DNA of 45,791 bases, taken from positions 1-45,791 of the forward strand of contig NW_021834985.1 of the NCBI RefSeq assembly GCF_006345805.1, in the 5' to 3' direction. Position 1 is the first letter of the stretch, and each line of letters starts with the position of its first letter. The notes below the pieces were generated by a model. The model did not search any database. It was not told where the DNA came from and saw only the letters and a program-made list of their open reading frames with translations. The translations under genes were made by a program, and so were the position numbers. Of the stretch, positions 24,275 to 37,476 are shown one piece after another. The stretch comes from Octopus sinensis. Its lineage: Eukaryota.

Positions 24275-24277
<3 letters not shown>
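24203..24277 (+). repeat. Repeat G, second copy, after (TA)n
   Basis: Matches about 2216-2298. Confidence 0.7.
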
Positions 24278-24320
<43 letters not shown>

Positions 24321-25170
24321 ATACATGTGCACTGATTCTTGCAACTCTATCGACAAAATACTTTTCCGGCAAATCCTTTAAGCCTATACTCATGCATCCC
24401 ACACTCACACATCAATAAATACACACAACCACGCACACATACATACACACACACACACACCACACACATACCAATGCAAGCACCCTGAAACACATATCTG
24501 CTCCCAGCATCCACAACCTTATGCCAATATCCGTACACCCATTCTCGAATACTAATTAAGCAAAGACAAATTGATTACTCTGTCATTTAACAGCTGGGTT
24601 TTTTTTTTTGTTTCTGTTTCATTATTCCTCTTTTTTTATTTTTATTCATTTCTTTTATCAATTAGTGCTTGGCCACTTCTTCACGTTTTCTCAAGATCCA
24701 CCTCAATAAGCTACAACGCTTCAACACAATGTCTCTGCATCTGGTCAGTATTCTTTGCCCGTCCTTTCTTTGCCGCCTCTACATACCCACATACATATAT
24801 CCAGACGCCCTCGTGATAATATTCATCATATGAATAGAAGTGAAGAATTACACTTCAGAACATATACATATGTTTTATCGATTATCTCTCGTTATTCAAA
24901 TCAATAACTTACTATTCCATCATCTCTGCAATCCCTCAGGCCAAACCAATAACAACATCTGAAAACTTGATCTCAATATTAAAATTATCACTTAATCCAC
25001 AGAGAATATTCCGCATATACCGTTTTCTAATTCTAAATAAAGGCTTCCGAGCTATTCTTCCGTCTAGAGAAGCGAGCGATGAAACAGACAATTACTGGTA
25101 TCTTTTAAAGAGTATTAAATTTTTTAATTCTTAATTACGCGTGTGCAATGTGTAAACCATATTCATTTAT

Positions 25171-25221
<51 letters not shown>

Positions 25222-25292
25222 TATATGTATATATGTGTATTTTATATGTATGTGTATTTTCATTTTGCGTTCTTGTCCCATTTTTGTATTTT

Positions 25293-25406
<114 letters not shown>

Positions 25407-25836
25407 GAAAAGGTAGAGAGAAAGATGTTGAGATGTTGAAATGTAGTGTGATTAATGAGAACAAGTTTAATAAAGCCCCTGATGTTGTTTTCCCTTAAAA
25501 CTATTCGCCTATTTATTGAAACCTTCATCATGTTTGTATGGCTTCCTAAAATAGATTCTCGAAAAACCGGAAGTAAACTACCGGATGTGCTTTCTTTTTG
25601 GTATTACTTTTTTTCTCTCTCTTTTTATGAGATCGGAAATGATATTGAACCTGTGTGTAATGGTGCAAGCAAATGCCGTAGATAAGGGCTATTAAGTTGA
25701 ATAACGTAAACAACGTCTTGCTAGGAAAGCCATCTTGTCAGGTTGGTGTTTTGCTACCTAACAAAGATACTAACAACATCTTGCTGGAGTTGGTATCTTT
25801 ATTAGACAGTCATGCCTCTCTGGTAGTTGTTATTAT

Positions 25837-25998
25837 AGGCACAGGAGTGGTTTTGTGGTAAGTAGTTTGCTTACCAACCACATGGTTCCGGGTTCAGTCC
25901 CACTGCGTGGCACCTTGGGCAAGTGTCTTCTACTATAGCCTCGGGCCGACCAAAGCCTTGTGGGTGGATTTGGTTCTGAGTTCAAATTCTGCCAAGAT
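25837..25998 (+). mobile_element. SINE-B 5' part fused to a SINE-A B-box fragment
   Basis: ...gtgggtggatttgg joins ttctgagttcaaattctgccaagatc at 25973/25974; followed by (GATA)n to about 26130. Confidence 0.7.
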
Positions 25999-26048
25999 CA
26001 GACAGATAGACAGATAGATAGACAGATAGATGGATAGATAGATAGATC

Positions 26049-26130
<82 letters not shown>

Positions 26131-26133
26131 AAG

Positions 26134-26278
26134 ATACGGTACGCCAGTCTACCACAGGATTATTCATTTTTACCAGCAGAGTGGACAGGAACAACGCATC
26201 GCCCAGTCCATTAATCGAAACCACAAGCTTAAGATCATAAGTGCAACACCCTAACCACAAAGCCACATGCGCCTCCAA
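26134..26278 (-). mobile_element. tRNA-derived SINE (family F), degraded
   Basis: Minus strand ggaggcgcatgtggctttgtggttagggtgttgcac...gtggtttcgattaatggactggg. Confidence 0.6.
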
Positions 26279-27199
26279 ACATAGATACATACATACCCCA
26301 CATTACGAATATAAATTGTAAGCGGAACAGTAAAAATCTGCAACACTTTACTCAAGCTCAAAACGGGTCATTCATTTTGTTATCTACATTCCAGCGATGG
26401 AGCTTTGTATCTAATAACTACAAATAAAAGACAACACACATACATACACACACACACACACACACAGATATATATATATGCACACATACATACACACACA
26501 CATACAAACATACATTTAACTCATACATGCATACACACATACAAGCTACAAGCATGCATACGGCATGTATATATACACACATGTAAATTTACCTTCAAAC
26601 ATATAACATATATACATACATATATAAATACATGCATACATACATACAACATATATACATACAACATATATACATACAACATATATAAATGCACACAGAC
26701 ATCTATATATAGTCTTATTATTTTAACAACCCCAGGGTCTCATCATTTTTCGTCTTCCTCATCTTGTATTGTCTTAAGAACATTTTACTTAACCGAAATG
26801 AGGCTTCTTCTCCTTTCTTTCCGACCGCCACATTGCCTACGCTTTTACCTTCTTTTGTTGAACCTATTTTCATTTAATTACTTTGATTTCATGCGTTTTA
26901 AGTTTATTATCCTTTCGATATGGTATTTATGGTTTTTATTTATTGTTGTTTTGGGTTTTGGTCTGTTGTTTCTTTTTGTTGTTGTTTTGCTGGCGTGGAA
27001 TAAGAATTTCCAAATGAGCCAGCTGTGGTTTTCCTTTTTTTTCACGAAATTTATCTTTTGTACTTGTTAATTTGCTTTATTTGCTTTCGTTTTTTACTAC
27101 AAAGATTTGCTTTGTTTAATTTTACTTGTTTTTACATGTGAATTTAATAGCGGCTTTCGTGGTTATTACTTGAGTCGGTGAATAAAATATATTCCTCAC

Positions 27200-27454
27200 G
27201 ACGACGACGGCGGTGGCGGCGGTGGTGGTGGTAGTGGTGGTGGTGGTGGTGGTGGTGGTGGTGGTGGTGGTGAAGAAGAAGAAGATAGAAAAGAGAAAAG
27301 AAGAAGAGGAGGAGGAAGAAGAGGAAGAAAAAGAAGAAGAAGAAGAAGAGGAGGAAGAAGAGGAAGAAAAAGAAGAAGAAGAAGTATAGGGGAATGTGGA
27401 AGATTTCAAACTAAATTGTATCTGGATTGTTACAATATGTATTGCCGAAGTAAT

Positions 27455-27497
<43 letters not shown>

Positions 27498-27608
27498 GGT
27501 GGTGGTGGTGGTGTTGGTGTTGGTTGTAATAGTAGTAGTAGTAGTAGTAGTAGTTGTAGTAGTAGTAGTAGTAGTAGTTGTTGTTGTAGTTATCTTTATT
27601 ATCCTCGC

Positions 27609-27664
<56 letters not shown>

Positions 27665-27900
27665 GAAGAAGAAGAAGAGAATAAAGAAGAGAAGAAGAAG
27701 AAGAAGAAGAAGAAGAAGAAGAAGAAGAAGAAGGATGATAATCATAAAATTTAGCACATCTTCATTTAATGATATTCTCAACGCTTCATTGTGTCGAGTT
27801 GTACGATAAGGATGATGATGATGACGATGACGACGATGATGATGACGACGACGATGATGATTATGATAATAATAATAATAATAATAATAATAACATCAAT
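27200..27900. repeat. Trinucleotide mosaic (GGT, GAA, TAG, ATT, GAT, AAT)
   Basis: Direct reading. Confidence 0.9.
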
Positions 27901-28401
27901 GATATCTTTATTAACAAGAGAAGGTTTACAATCAGATCGAGAACGGTAGAGGACGAATAATAACGATAATCTTACCAATCTACCAATCATTTTACAATTT
28001 CGATAACTTAAATCTCATTATTTCAGTGTAACAACACTTTGGGTCGTGTTTTCTATTACACTATAGATATCGATTTTACGATTTTGGTTATTGCTCTCCT
28101 ATATCTGGTTCTGTGATTAATTCTCATCACTCGCTTCGCTTGTTTCCTAATTCGCGTTGGATTATCAAACTGAACGGTTCAATCACACTGTTCTATGGCA
28201 GCCGAAATAAAAAAAAAACCTGATGAATTTGGCAGAGTCGTTGGAGCAATGAGTAAATTGCTTTGTAGTGTTTGTGCTGATTCCCTGCGATCTGAGTTCA
28301 AATCTCAACGATGTCAGTTTTGTTTTTCATTTATTTTTTTTTTCTAAACAATAAAGTACAAATACTCACAGAGCGATTCCTCCTTCTCTCTCTTTCTCCC
28401 C

Positions 28402-28433
<32 letters not shown>

Positions 28434-28522
28434 TATTCTCTGTATGTGTGGTGGGGTGTCTGTTTTTCTTTCTGGAAGAGAACGATTAAAGTCAGACCCA
28501 GTGATGGTTGGACTCCATATTA

Positions 28523-28939
28523 AAAGGCGGCGAGCTGGCAGAAACGTTAGCACGCCAGGCGAAATGCTTGGCGGTATTTCGTCTGCGTTACGTTGTGAGT
28601 TCAAATTCCGCCGAGGTCGACTTTGCCTTTCATCTTTTCGGGGTCGATAAATTAAGTACCAGTTACGCACTGGGGTCGATGTAATCGACTTAATACCTAT
28701 GTCTGTCCTTGTTTGTCCCCTCTGTGTTTAGCCCCTTGTGGGTAATAAAGAAATAGGTATTTCGTCTGCCGTTACGTTCTGAGTTCAAATTCCGCCGAGG
28801 TCGACTTTGCCTTTCATCCTTTCGGGGTCGATAAATTAAGTACCAGTTACGCACTGGTGTCGATATAATCGACTTAATCCGTTTGTCTATCCTTGTTTGT
28901 CCCCTCTGTGTTTAGCTCCTTGTGGCTAGTAAAGAAATA
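28523..28939 (+). mobile_element. SINE-A2, head plus 2 bodies, 17-bp TSD
   Basis: ggttggactccatatta at 28506-28522 and 28940-28956; internal junction at 28755/28756. Confidence 0.9.
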
Positions 28940-29101
28940 GGTTGGACTCCATATTAGAAATACCCATGAAAATAGGCTTTTTGTAACGACGGCGTCCATC
29001 AAGAACTGAGGTTCCAAAGCAAGGCATATGTCTAGTGTATCACCTTTCTCCCCACCCCGTCTCTCTTTCTTTCTCCCTCTCTCTCTCCCATTCTCTCTCT
29101 T

Positions 29102-29137
<36 letters not shown>

Positions 29138-30012
29138 TCTCTCTCTCCCCATCGTGTACTATTGCGAGAATAGTGTTGTTTCAGATTGATTTAATAAGTT
29201 GATCAAAAATGAAAGGAGTGAAGTTAAGTTAGTGCTCGTAATCTTCGCAGAATCTTCCTCAAGACTAGTGAGAACCGACCTCAACATCTACAAAGAAAAC
29301 TTTTGTGGAAGATGGAAAACCAGGAAACTCTGGTCCGAATATCTGCAGTAAAGTGAACACCTCTAAATCGAAGCAATGACTGACTCTGTTAGATCCAACA
29401 ACCTAAATTTAGGTCAAGCTATAACTCAAAACACTGATTTAATAGTAAGTTATTGTTGTTGTTACGTTGGCAGAAAGGTGAAGTGTGGTGAAAACTCGGT
29501 AATATCTAACGTACGGCCGGCGGTGAGTGATTGGACGTGATAACCATAGCATAGTTTGGAAGGTCATCCCTACGAGCTTGATGAATATACGCCTGACTTG
29601 TCCATCCTTGTCTTAGCAGACGTCTGTCGCAATTAGCAATATATTGCGAGCATGCCCAATTGCGAAAAACTGAACGTGGTAGATCTGCTAAGAAAGGATA
29701 AAGAACAAGAGAGACACCATCGGCAATTTTTATACTTATATTTCTACGGAGAGCAGAGTTAAAGATGTGGAACAAATTACTAGCGAAGAGGTTAACGGTT
29801 GACATTGGTAGATTGGTCGGACGAACAAAAACCTTCGCATTCCCGGCATATTTCTTCAGGAAAACATCTATCTCATGCGATATATCGTAAAGGGGATAGT
29901 AACGGCACACAGATGTGATTCATATTGATCATTCCACATATTTTGTTATTTGGCAGCAGTACTCAGCACAGCCAAATATCCTGGACAAGTTATGTTTAAT
30001 AAGAATTGACTT

Positions 30013-30540
30013 ATTTACTCTTTACTCTTTTACCTGTTTCAGTCATTTGACTGTGGCCATGCAGGAGCACCGCCTTTAGTCGAGCACATCGACCCCAGGA
30101 CTTATTCTTTGTCAGCCTAGTACTTATTTTATCGGTCTCTTTTTGCCGAACCGCTAAGTAACGGGGACGTAAACCCACCACCATCGGTTGTCAAGCGATG
30201 TTGGATGGACAAGCACAAACACATAAACACATACACAGACATATATATAAACACATATATAATTTTATCCGTTATTTTTGTGGTTTACAGAACCTAGCTG
30301 TTCTTTCTAGCGTGCTGAATTCCCTATAAATGGATTCCTTATGTGTTTAAATATACACTATACATATATATATACGACGGGCTTCTTTCAGTTTCCGTCT
30401 ACCAAATCCACTCACAAGGCTTTGGTCGGCCCGAGGCTATAGTAGAGGACACATGCCCAAGGTGCCACGCAGTGGGACTAAACCCGGAACCATGAGGCTG
30501 GTAAGCAAGCTACTTACCACACAGCCACTCCTGCGCCTAT
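30013..30540 (-). mobile_element. SINE-B inserted just past the mariner stop codon, with extra sequence in its spacer
   Basis: Both halves present; tatttac on both flanks; about 90 bp of non-microsatellite DNA at about 30262-30350. Confidence 0.85.
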
Positions 30541-30544
30541 TTAC

Positions 30545-31135
30545 CTAAGTTTTAACATCATCTCCTTCGAAACAATCACCTTGTGCAGCATTACACCGGT
30601 CCCAGCATTCCTGCCACTTTTGGAATCTGGCCTGGAAATCGTTTTCCGTAAGCGAGTCGAAGATCTTCTGCGATTCGCTCTTGATCGCAACAACGGTGTT
30701 AAAACGGTGACCTTTGAGCTGCATTTTCATCTTGGGACAGAGATGGAAGTCTGCAGTTGCTAAACCCGGATATGGCTGGTGTAAAAGCGACGCCATGTTG
30801 TTTTGGGTGAGAAACTCTCGAGTGAGGAGAGCTTGGTGACAGGACAGGGTGCATTCTCATCGTGAAGAATCGAATTCTTCACGCTCCACAGATTCAGTCC
30901 CTTTCGCCGAATGACCTCCGTGAAACGTTTCAAAACGTCGCAGTAGAACTCCCGATTGACGGTCTGGCTCTGAAGGACGAATTCGCGATGCACAATAACG
31001 CAGATGTTGAAAAAAAAACGATGAGCATACTCTTAGTTGAACTGCGGCTCTGTCGTGCCTTTTGAAGCGCCCGTGCCGCTGGAATCATTGCGTACAACCC
31101 ACTGCCTCGTCACCGTAAACTTGACGAAACATGCT
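30545..31135 (-). pseudogene. Mariner (DD34D-type) transposase pseudogene, 3' portion
   Basis: Pieces GDE, KSMLIVFF, VHREFV..QTVNREFYCDVLKR...ILHDENAP, HQPY-PGLATADFHLCPKMK..LKGHRF, W..CWDRC..AQGDCFEGD; frameshifts. Confidence 0.85.
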
Positions 31136-31565
31136 TGACGAAAAAAGGCAGTGAGCTGGCAGAAACGTTAGCACGCCGGGCGAAATAATATATCACAAAG
31201 GGAAAAAATTAATTGACGACGACAAAGAAACTCGATTGATGACAAAACTCGAACAGCCAATGATCAATTTCCTGTAGTTCACGTCTGCACTAATTTACAT
31301 TGTTCCTGCGAAGTGTAAAGAAGTAGCAACATACGCTACTATCACTTCATCGTGAACATATATTATGGTCTAGAAACTTTGACAATACGTTAAGAAACTT
31401 TACCGTTCCGAAAAAATTGCCTGGAACTCACTGGTAATACGGGGTGGAAAATCTTGAGAAAAAAAGTGAAGAAGCTGTCGTGGATTCATTACAATACGTC
31501 TGAGAGAAAAGCTATACCTCGTAAGTGCATGAATCAGCGACGACCAAAATAATTATGTGGTCAGT

Positions 31566-31612
31566 CAAGATACGGGGACGTAAACACAGACGCAAAGACA
31601 CACACACACACC

Positions 31613-31671
<59 letters not shown>

Positions 31672-31852
31672 ATATATATATATATAATATATATATATAT
31701 ACACGCACACACACACACGACGGGTTTCTTACAGTTTTCGTCAACCGAATCCACTCACAAAGGCTTTGGTGGGCCCTTGCCCACGGTGCCACACAGTGGA
31801 GCTGAACCCGGAACCATGTAGTTGGAAATCAAGCTTCTTACTACACAGCCAC
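31566..31852 (-). mobile_element. SINE-B, partially deleted
   Basis: ggggacgtaaacac, then (TA)n, then cgacgggtttcttacagttttcgtcaaccgaatccactcac...ctgaacccggaacc. Confidence 0.7.
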
Positions 31853-31909
31853 ATACAAGCATACAAAGAGTTTATATGAAACATTAGCGACAACAGTTTC
31901 ACTGCTCAG

Positions 31910-31968
31910 GGACAAGTTGCAATAGTCATGGGCACTGCTCCTTCTTCCAGACTCACCAAGTAAAATGT
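31910..31968 (+). CDS. Candidate 59-nt coding exon, N-terminal half of an EGF-like module
   Basis: Acceptor tttcactgctcag, donor gtaagt; open frame TSCNSHGHCSFFQTHQVKC; preceding intron would be phase 1; no partner exon found. Confidence 0.25.
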
Positions 31969-33059
31969 GTAAGTAAGTATGTATGTATGTATGTATGTAT
32001 GTATGTATGTATGTATGTATGTATGTATGTATGTATGCGCATCTTTGAAAATGTGAGCATTTACGAGAAAACCGATAAATCGGTGATTTTAAATAAAAAT
32101 CCCCTCTGATATATGTTCCGCCTGAGTTGCATTGACGCTTTCGTGCAACTCACGCGTCACAGTTATTGGCCTGTTGGAAAGCTGTAATCAACGAAGCTAT
32201 TGTTCAGAAAATACAATATACAAAATCAAAATACTAAATAAATAAAAATAAATAAATACATGAATAAATGCTTTAAACACGAACTTTTAAATGCCACCCG
32301 ACAGAAGATTTATAATGCAAGAGCAGGTTACTTCAGTTAGCTGCCATGTTTGTTGTTGATCTGTAAATGTTTGTGGTCGTCAGATTCTGTATAAAAGATG
32401 AAAAGGGAATCCCTAGGATGGCAGACGACTTAGTCACGTGAGTCATTAATATTCATGAACGTGATGAAAGAAAAATAGAGAAGTTGATATGCTACATTTC
32501 AATTTATCTCATTATTTTGTTTTTATTTCCGCTTTAGTATTGGTGGTGGGGAATAAAAAGCAGGGAGGGCTATTACAGACGATTAAATCGAACTCTGTAT
32601 ATGACTAATACTTATTATATCGACCCGACCTCAAAGAGATAAAAAGCAATACTGACCCCGGCAAGATTTGTAGTCAGAACCTAAAACTAATATTTAATAG
32701 AATATTACTGGCCTGTCAATCAATATTTCTTTCAATTTTTTTTATTATCTCCAAGCGTCCATGATGGCTAATTTCTCATTGACTGAGACGTCTGCTCTCG
32801 TAGAGATGAGGTCTTTGGCTTTTATATAAACACTGCAAGCTAAAACATGGCGCCTATCGTCAATACAGACAAGGCTTAACATTTTAAAATATTTTGTTGG
32901 CAGTCGTTGTTATTGATTTCTCACATATACACAAGGCCATAGTGTTTCAGGAGAGACAATCGATTGTATCGAATCTACAATACATGACTATTACTTTATT
33001 TTATAGACTCCAGAAGGTATATAACGGTTCATAAATCGGAGCGTAAAGGTCCCCCTCAG

Positions 33060-33430
33060 AATCGCTGGTGCATCGAGAAGAATTTTGTCGCTTTATGTTC
33101 TGAGTCCAAATTCACTCGACGTCGACTTTGCTTTTCATCCTTTCGACGTTGACGACGTAAGTACCAGTTGAAGAACACTGGGCTAGATGTAATCAACTAA
33201 CCCGCCTTATCTAAAATTGCTGGCTTTGTGCCAACAGTAGGAAGAATTATTATTTGTATTGTTATCGTTGTTAAAGGGATTATGAAGGAAATGGCTTCAA
33301 AGAGCGCCGGACAAAATACATTGCAGTATTTCTTCCGACTCTCTAAATTCAAATCTGGCTGAGGTCATCTTTACCTTTCATCCACTAGCGGTCATGTACT
33401 GGGGGACGACGTGATCGACTAACCCCACCT
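33060..33430 (+). mobile_element. Two old SINE-A copies in tandem (about 33060-33250 and 33290-33430)
   Basis: ctgagtccaaattcactcgacgtcgacttt...ggctttgtgcc; ctaaattcaaatctggctgaggtcatcttt. Confidence 0.55.
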
Positions 33431-33934
33431 CCATCATTTTTTTAAAAAGAAGTCTCCAAGTCCGTCTACGAGTGCTTGTGAATCGGCGATCACGTCGACA
33501 AGTGATAGTGTGCGCGAGTCTTGTGCGAGTGAAAGGGATTCAGAAAACGATTATAATAATAATAATAATATATTTTATTATAAATGATCTTGACATTCTT
33601 TTTGCTTTACATAAAATATTCTTTACATTCTACTATCGTTTTATTGCCATTTATTTACGAGCAATTGCAAACCTTGTACCAAAATTTGAAACCATGAGGA
33701 CTACATCTCTATCACCTCCCCCCCACTTTTTTTTAACCTTTGCAAACTATGTATATTTTCCTTCCTTTTTCGTAGAATAGCGTGTATACGTACACCTTTG
33801 TTTTTTTGTTTTTTTTTATTTCTCTCATTTCATTATATGTAAAAACTCCCACATCCTATGTCTGGTTTTTTTTGCATCCTTCCCCTCATCCTTAGCTCCG
33901 GTGGCAAATAAATGACATCATCATCATCATCATC

Positions 33935-33974
<40 letters not shown>

Positions 33975-33980
33975 TATTAT

Positions 33981-34473
33981 TGAGTGAGAGAGCAGTTCAT
34001 GCCATCAAAGTGACACTGGGGTAAAATATACGAAGCCCAATATACCCATCATGACTACCCGTCTGAAAAGGGTACACCAGGCACATGCATCACAACCATA
34101 TGTGCGCGACATGGGGATCTCATATCAAGATAAACAGCACATGACCTTGCAGGTGGGGCCCAATTAGAATTTTCTTCAGGTTGAGTAGCCCATCCCGCTC
34201 AAACGGTCCCTGAATAAGGGTTGTTTAAGGATGTTGAAAGAACCACCCATGTTTCCAGAGGTGAATTATTCAAACCCCAAAGAATCCCTCTCAACACATG
34301 ACTATGATGCTCCCCCACTACTTCTGCTCGTGATCAGAGATGCACATATCGTCAGCCACTAAGGGACATGCTCAACTGGTTAAGGTCAAAGAACTGACAA
34401 GCAAATCTGTGGTATTGAGCAGAATATTTGCTGTAGCCCATCTTTTATACCAAGACAAAACAATGTACATGAT
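33981..34473 (-). mobile_element. Element C, second copy, shorter at the high-coordinate end, (TAA)n-flanked
   Basis: Same low-coordinate terminus as 4941; lacks about the last 70 bp of copy 1. Confidence 0.8.
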
Positions 34474-34481
34474 TATTATTA

Positions 34482-34519
<38 letters not shown>

Positions 34520-34534
34520 TATTATTATTAGTTA

Positions 34535-34650
34535 GGGCGGTGAGCTGGCAGAATCGTTAGCACGCCGATATTTGCGATATTTCGTCCGACTTCACGTGCT
34601 GAGTTCAAATTCCGCCGAGGTTGACTTTGCCTTTCATCCTTTCTGGGTCG
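34535..34650 (+). mobile_element. SINE-A 5' part following (ATT)n
   Basis: ggcggtgagctggcagaatcgttagcacgcc...gagttcaaattccgccgagg. Confidence 0.75.
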
Positions 34651-34867
34651 ATTATATATATATACTTGCCGAAATTCTCGGACGGTATTTTCGGACGATT
34701 ATTGGCCCTCCCTGTCATTATACAATAATGTGCTTTGACTATATCATTAGAGCATTTTAGCTCTTATTTCTAGCAATGTGGGTGTTTCTAACACCCTAGT
34801 CACATTTAGTGAAAATTACAGTTTTACTTTTTGGTAAAACATTTCAAACTGCAGCCTATACTAATTT

Positions 34868-37476
34868 ATACATACATACACACATACATGCATGCATACA
34901 TACATACATACATACATACATACACATACATACATACATACATACATACACGCATACATACATACATACATACATACATACCATACATACATACATACAT
35001 ACATACATAATACATGCATGCATGATACATACATACATACATACATACATACATACATACATACATCACAACATACATACACGCATACATGCATACATGC
35101 ATACATACATACATACATACACACATACATGCATACATAAATACACACATACATACATACATACATACATACATACATACACACATACATGCATGCATGC
35201 ATACATACATACATACATACATACACACATACATGCATACATACATACATACACACATACATGCATACATACATACATACATGCATGCATACATACATGC
35301 ATACATACATGCATGCATACATACATACATACACACATACATGCATACATACATACATACATACACACATACATGCATGCATGCATACATACATACATAC
35401 ATACATACACACATACATGCATACATACATACACACATACATGCATACATACATACATACACACATACATGCATACATACATACATACATGCATGCATAC
35501 ATACATGCATACATACATACATGCATACATACATACATACACACATACATGCATACATACATACATACATACACACATACATGCATGCATGCATACATAC
35601 ATACATACATACATACATACACACATACATGCATACATACATACATACACACATACATGCATACATACATACATACACACATACATGCATACATACATAC
35701 ATACACACATACATGCATACATACATACATACACACATACATGCATACATACATACATACATGCATGCATACATACATACATACATACATACACGCATAC
35801 ATGCATACATGCATACATACATACATACATACATACACGCATACATGCATACATGCATACATACATACATACATACATACATACATACATACATACATAC
35901 ACGCATACATGCATACATGCATACATACATACATACATACATACATACATACATGCATGCATACATACCATGCATACATACAACACGCATACATGCATAC
36001 ATGCATACATACATACATACATACATACATACATACATGCATACATGCAGCATACAACCACACATACATACATACACCATACATGCATACATACAACATA
36101 CATGCTACCTACATACTACATGCATACATACATACAATACATGCATAATACATACATACATGCATGCATACATACATGCATACATACATAACATACATAC
36201 AAGCATACATGCATACATGCATACATACATACATACATACATACACACATACATGCATACATAAATACACACATACATACATACATACATACATACATAC
36301 ACACATACATGCATACATACATACATACACACATACATGCATACATACACACATACATGCATACATACATACATACATGCATGCATACATACATGAATAC
36401 ATACATACATACACACATACATGCATACATACACACATACATGCATACATACATACATACATGCATGCATACATACATGCATACATACATACATACACAC
36501 ATACATGCATACATACACACATACATACATACATGCATGCATACATACATGCATACACACATACATGCATGCATACATACATACATGCATACATGCATAC
36601 ATACATACATACACACATACATGCATACATACATACACATACATACACACACACATACATGCATACAGACATACATACATACATACACACATACATGCAT
36701 ACATACATACATACATGCATGCATACATACATACATGCATACATACATACATACATACATACACACATACATGCATGCATGCATACACACATACATGCAT
36801 ACATACATACATACATGCATGCATACATACATGCATACATACATACATACATGCATGCATGCATACATACACACATACATGCATACATACATACATACAT
36901 GCATGCATACATACATGCATACATACATACATACATGCATGCATGCATACATACCACATACATGCATACATACATACATACATGCATGCATCATACATAC
37001 ATACATGCATGCATACATACATGCATACATACATACATACAACATGCATGCATGCAATACATACACACATACATGCATACATACATACATACATGCATGC
37101 ACACATACATGCATACATACCAATACATGCATGCCTGCATACATACATCACAACCACATATGCATATCATCATACCTGCATGCATACATACATGCATACA
37201 TACATGCATGCATACTACATACATACATACATGCATGCATACATGCATACATACATGCATACATACATACACACATACATGCATACATACATACATACAT
37301 GCATGCATACATACATGCATACATACATGCATGCATACATACATACATGCATACATGCATGCATGCATACATACACACATACATGCATACATACATACAT
37401 GCATGCATACATACATACATGCATACATGCATGCATACATACGTACACACACACACATACATACATGTGTGTACAT
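34868..37476. repeat. 2.6-kb (CATA)/(CACA)/(CATG) cryptic tetranucleotide satellite
   Basis: Direct reading; source of all the long H/T/Y/I and M/Y/V/C ORFs. Confidence 0.95.

Noticed and set aside
29590-29660. ILLIATDVC on the minus strand, reminiscent of DEAD-box motif V
   Set aside because: Immediately followed by a stop; neighbouring YIH and DLP words are in another frame and the wrong order.
31513-31523. acctcgta as the 5' mariner terminal repeat
   Set aside because: Adjacent sequence does not match the putative 3' end near 29960.
32384-32437. 54-nt plus-strand exon candidate (FCIKDEKGIPRMADDLV)
   Set aside because: Phase is incompatible with the 31910-31968 candidate and no motif is recognisable.
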